Shown here: in pieces, positions 59,201-64,000 of the stretch
Layout of the letters: each line of letters starts with the position of its first letter
Numbering within the stretch: the stretch's first letter is position 1
From: Puccinia triticina
Lineage: Eukaryota
DNA: 64,000 bases
Assembly: GCA_026914245.1 (NCBI GenBank)
Contig: CP110439.1
Coordinates: 8,618,001 to 8,682,000 of the forward strand
Direction: 5' to 3'
The notes under the pieces: generated by a model
What the model saw: only the letters and a program-made list of their open reading frames with translations
Databases searched by the model: none
Told to the model about the DNA's origin: nothing
Made by a program: the position numbers and the translations under genes

Positions 59201-59255
59201 TTTTTCGTGGTTCGTCGTCGGTTTCGCTCCCTCCGGAGTGCCCAGAACACGCCAC
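56249..59255 (-). CDS. Large multi-exon hypothetical protein (coiled-coil plus Pro/Ser-rich regions)
   Basis: Long ORFs 57468-59255 and 56249-57076 plus short intervening exons; heptad-like Q/L/E/K region. Confidence 0.7.
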
Positions 59256-59730
59256 ACGTTTATGGCTTTTGGGACGAAACTAAATACTATTTTAATATTT
59301 TCGGGATTTTTGAGAAAATAACGCAAAATAACAAAAAAGTCGACTCTTGAGGAAAAACAGAAACAAGACAGATTCGTCGCTGTATTTATAAGCAAGGTGA
59401 AATGAAAGATTTTCTAATAACTCTGTATTGGTATTTATAGCACATCCTGATCCGTTATCAACTCAAATCGTAACCAGGAAGACTTTACATTTTATTTTAT
59501 TTTAAATACATGTTTTTTTTTTTGTTTTCGCTGTTTCTGGCCTGAGTTTGACACGGAGGTCGCTGGATATACACCCCAGCCCTGTCACAGCCCCAGTCAC
59601 CCACCTGCGACAGCAGAGGTGTCACATTGGATATGCATATGTATTTAGCTTTTTCTCCCAAGAAAAACCAAAGAAAAAAAAAAAAACACCCAACCACACC
59701 CCCAAGTTATATTAAAGGATCGCAACAAAC

Positions 59731-61084
59731 ATGTCATCGTCCCCAGCAATCCCCACAAAGCGAAAATCGGACGGAAAACTGGGCCTGGAATCCGGCCGCG
59801 AAACAGCTCGCAAGAGAAAATCATCCTCGGGCCGTTCGCAGAAAGCTTCGTTGAAGGGAGACGTGCCACCCCTCGGGAAGTTCCTTGCAAGTAATCGTAT
59901 GTAGTGTCAACCCCTATAACTCGACGCAATCGCCAGAGAACTGCTGCTCATTGAATTGGTCCACTCTCTTGTTTCTGAAAGACAAGGCGACTAGGGATCG
60001 AGCGGTCGATGCTCTGCGGAAGTTTCTGAGTGGACAGGTCGGATCTGAGGAAGACCAGTTTCAAGATGATCTATTCGATGCCCCACCTTCCGCCGAAAAA
60101 TGGGGAATGATTGGAGAGAGTAACGGCCGGCTGGATGAGATCGAACTGGCGAAGCTTTACAAGGGTCTGTTCTACTGCTACTGGATGTCAGACAAGCCGA
60201 TCGTCCAGCAACACCTCGCCCAAGAATTGGCAGACCTGTGTCTGATCATCCGGCCCGCTCGATCCTCAGAGGATCGTCTACTCGACCAGGTCGTCACCAC
60301 CCAAACCGCCCTCTCGTTCTGGAAACAGTTTTGGGTCGCCCTGGGCTGTGAATGGCAAGGAGTCGACAAACATCGACTGGATAAATACCTCCTGTTGATG
60401 CGCAGATTTGTCGAAGTAGCATTCAAGATCCTCCAACGAGCTCATTGGCACCCCAAAGCGATCGAACTTTGGTCTGAAATATTGAAGCAAACCGTGTTGA
60501 AGTACGCCAATCACCCATCTCATCCTTTCTGTACTTTGACTGTCCTTAGCTGAAAAACAAACAAACAAACACGTGTGTTTGATAGTGTTGCAGACTTTAA
60601 GACGCCGCAATCGATCACCTACCACGTCAGCGACATCTTTCTTGAAGAACTCAACCGGGTGCTTGAAAAGCGACCCGACCGACCAGCCCCGATCATCCCA
60701 CTCCTCGCCCCACTGATCCATGGACTCTCACAATCCCGTCCAGGAACAGCCACGTTTCGAAAGATCCTTGAGAATGTCTTCGAGCCACTGTTTGCAAACC
60801 TCGAACTATTCCTCTCAGAGCGAACCAAGATGCCGAAGAGTTCGACGATCGACATCTACCCTACCTTCGAGACCAGCCTGCTCTCTTCCACCGAACAGCC
60901 AGCCACCTCACCTCCCCGGACTGACTGCCAGGCCATCCGAACCGACCTCCTGTCCTTGCTGTTCCAAGCTGGCTCCGACCCTCTCTGTTCAGATTCCAAC
61001 CGGAAGAAGATTTACAACTATTGGCATACCCAGCGCGGGATTGATGACGAAGAGGAAGCCGACCCGACGGACGAAGGCAAATAA
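59731..61084 (+). CDS. RRP1: rRNA processing protein Rrp1/Nop52
   Basis: PLGKFLASN|DKATRDRAV, KLYKGLFYCYWMSDKPIVQQHLA, EWQGVDKHRLDKYLLLMRRF and YHVSDIFLEEL. Confidence 0.93.
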
Positions 61085-61587
61085 TGCGCATGACCAATCC
61101 CTCTATTCTGGAGTGTTCTTTTCAGTCTTTCTTGTTCGGGTCTTTTCCAGCCTTGTAGAGTTTTGTGCCTCACACGTATCTTACTTGATATGCACAGAAA
61201 ATCCCTAGCAGTAGTATGTATCCCCTTGACATTATAAATTAAGGGCAACATGACCCATTGCCATCTGTGTGGGATGGGACTGCGTTCAAGTCACAGTAGT
61301 CACTTTTTGACCGCAGGCAGTGCTACGATCACAAACAAGCAATGGCGGTATCCCAGCCCTGAAAACGAGCCCAAATGGTTTACGTACAATGGGCTAACAA
61401 ATGTTTTTGCCTCCACATTTTTGAATGCAGAAGCTCTGGACACAGCCTTTAAGTCATGAGATTGGTTACAGGGGTGGAAAATAAGTTCCCAAGAATGACT
61501 ATGAAAAAAAAAAAAAAGTAAAAAAAAAAAAAAGTAAAATGTGGAAATTTTCTAATTTCTTGTGAATTTCTCAGAATGTTCATTTGT

Positions 61588-62455
61588 GGTGTTCAAAATT
61601 GATTTTCAAACCACTTTCTACATAAAATCATAAGATCTACATGTCCAAACTTTTGATGGGGTGAAAGTTGAGGGTTCTCTTCATTTCAAGCACCTCTCAA
61701 AACTTTGATAAATCTTATGACTTTATAAAATGATATTAAAAAACGGACTTACTTCGCGCACTGCGGGAGAAATATCAAAGCTTTTCAAGTTTTTTCTTGA
61801 CCAATCAATAGAATGGCTTTTTATTGGCCTCTGTGAATTTTTTTGAGAGTTTTTCCAGATTTCCTTGTATGCTAAAAAAAATATTGAAAGCAAAAAACAG
61901 ATGTAGCATTTGGGGGCCTGAAAATCAATGTTCCCATGGGCCAAAAAATCAAAATAATTTATTGAATAGGATCAGCCATTTTTGAAATCTTTAGCTACTT
62001 TGTGCAAGATAAAGGGTCTGAAAAATGAGGAAATTGCATGTGCAATCCACCAAAGTTTGCTATTATATGGTGAAATTTCCTCATTTTTGAGACCCTTACT
62101 CTTGCAAAAAGTAGCTAAAAAGTTCCCAAATGGCTTTTCCTATATGTTCCATGAGTCAATAAATCATTTTGAATTTTTGGCCCATGGGAACTTTGATTTT
62201 CAGGCCCCCAAAAGCTACATCTGTTCTTTGCTTTCAATATTTTTTTAGCATACAAGGAAATCTGGAAAAACTCCCAAAAAATTCACAGAGGCCAATAAAA
62301 AGCCATTCTATTGATTGGTCAAGAAAAAAATTGAAAGACTTTGATATTTCTCCCCCAGTGCACGAAGTGTTTGGGGACTTCGTGGACTGTGCAGTGGGCA
62401 AAGAGTTTTTTGCAGTGCACAAAGTAAGTCCGTTAAAAAAACATTTTGAACACCC
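61588..62455. mobile_element. Foldback-like element, GGTGTTCAAA family, with ~300-bp inverted arms
   Basis: About 61738-62036 is the reverse complement of about 62074-62437; termini GGTGTTCAAAA / TTTTGAACACCC. Confidence 0.8.
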
Positions 62456-62937
62456 TAATTACTGTTCAAACCAGGGAGGGAAACTTGGAGAGCAAAGTAT
62501 TGCATGCAAAACAATGATAAAAAATGAAAAAATTTCAAAACCTTTTTCAATGATTTTTTGGGTGGATGGGTTAAACACTAATTTCAAATTGAAATCAGGG
62601 ACTGTAGCCCAAATCACCACTAATTTGACTCAATTTATTTGATCCAATAAAAATAAAGATGAACAATCAAGACTCAGGTACCTGTTGGCACCCGGGTACC
62701 TGCTTGTTTTTTTGCCAAAACCAACACCTCACACCGCACCCGGCACCGCTTGGAGGGTACCGGCGGTACTTTTGGCAGGTACCCCTTGTGCCATTTTTTG
62801 TATTTATCAATCTCACAATCGGCTTTACTTTTCAGACATGAGTAAGTACTTATTTATCTTCTTTATCAACAATTTAATCGACTGTATCAGCTAATTATAG
62901 GATAATAACATCTAATAAAACAAGCAGGGCTCCTGGA

Positions 62938-64000
62938 TCAATCGTCATCCACAACGATAGTCTTTCTTTTTGAATTCTTTGAAGTCTTATTGGAATCAAG
63001 AATTTGTTCCTTCCACAAGGCCAGAACCCCTTCTTCAATCATATTATTCTTGAAGTAGAATGCCACAGTCATTCCTCTGCTTATCGAGTGGGCTCCAAGT
63101 CTATGCCGCTTCAAAGAAACGTAATCCTGATCGAAGCTAAATTCTATCTCAACGTCGACGGATGTTGCTACAGAATTGAGAGAAAAATCAGAACAGATGC
63201 AGTGAAAAAACATCATCTTTGACTCACCTGTACAGCTTAATATATCCAGTGCCATGTTGACGAGGCCACCATCCATGCTCCCCGAGCTCTTCTGGTGAAG
63301 CCACCACTTTATGGGGTTGACCGGTTTGTTTCCATCCAGGATAAGTCCTCCTGCTAGCCAGTCATCAAATGCGTCGGTCAAACAGTTTCCACTTCGGGCA
63401 GCAGCAGCATCACCCAGGCCGGCGAGCATACTGTTCCTGGGCTGTGGATAGATACGGAACATATTAAGATGAGATTTTGTCTTTCCTATAGATCTAAGCT
63501 TGTGGTTTACCTTTGAAGTCGAAGCCGGGGCAGTCAAGCAATGAGTCGGTTTTTTCAGCTTGTAAAAAGAATCCCACATTTCCCGCGCTAGACGTATGGC
63601 TTTGGCGATCCATTTGGGTTCCCATTTCGCCAACTTGAAGTACTCGTCCTTGAATGAAGGGTGCATCACTGAAATAGAATATTATAAGTTAGAAATTAAA
63701 GTACAAGGAAAAAGAAAAAGACGCTCGTACTTACAAATGGCAATTCTGTACAGAGGGGATGTGTCGGTTAAGCTGTAGTACTTGTTTGTAATTTTTAATC
63801 CATGTCGACAGGCATTTCTCAGTGCTGGAGGGTATTTTCGATCACTGATAATTGTCGATAGGTGTTTGGTAATTTGGTCTATGTAGATAACTATGTTAGA
63901 TAAGCGAGCAGATCCTGCATTGGAGACTTGAAGGGTTAAATCATGGAAAATCCCAAGGACGTTGACCAAATCGGATGCCAATTTAATATCCGATTGATCC
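62938..64000 (-). pseudogene. hAT transposase C-terminal part (continues beyond the window)
   Basis: KITNKYYSLTD...MMHPSFKDEYF and hAT dimerisation domain NPIKWW...MALDILSC...ATSVDVE..FS...KRHRL; GGGTACC subterminal repeats at 62675-62785. Confidence 0.88.

Noticed and set aside
57908..59395. Multiple long alternate-frame and antisense ORFs
   Set aside because: Shadow ORFs of the GC-rich coding sequence 57468-59255.

Overview
Eukaryotic fungal DNA, most consistent with a rust fungus (Pucciniales). This is inferred from short GT-AG introns, fungal housekeeping genes and a dense transposon load. Host gene islands: URM1, a BolA (BOL2-like) gene, PRP38, RRP1/NOP52, an ABBA/KEN-motif protein, a PRE7 (proteasome beta-6) pseudogene and several hypothetical or membrane-protein genes. 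Between them are heavily nested transposons whose ends can be read at base level. (1) 9531-23170: a 9-bp-TSD DNA element hosts a young chromovirus-type Gypsy LTR element (9970-22821, TSD TATGC), which in turn carries a Helitron in its protease, a related solo LTR splitting an extra upstream ORF, and a MITE in its 5' LTR. (2) About 44330-52417: a Tad1-like LINE whose ORF1 holds a three-layer nest (LTR > LTR > Tc1/mariner-type element). Also present: a Mutator-like transposase, a hAT transposase, a second Helitron, another solo LTR and many MITEs. No rRNA, tRNA or CRISPR array was seen. All calls were made by eye without database searches.
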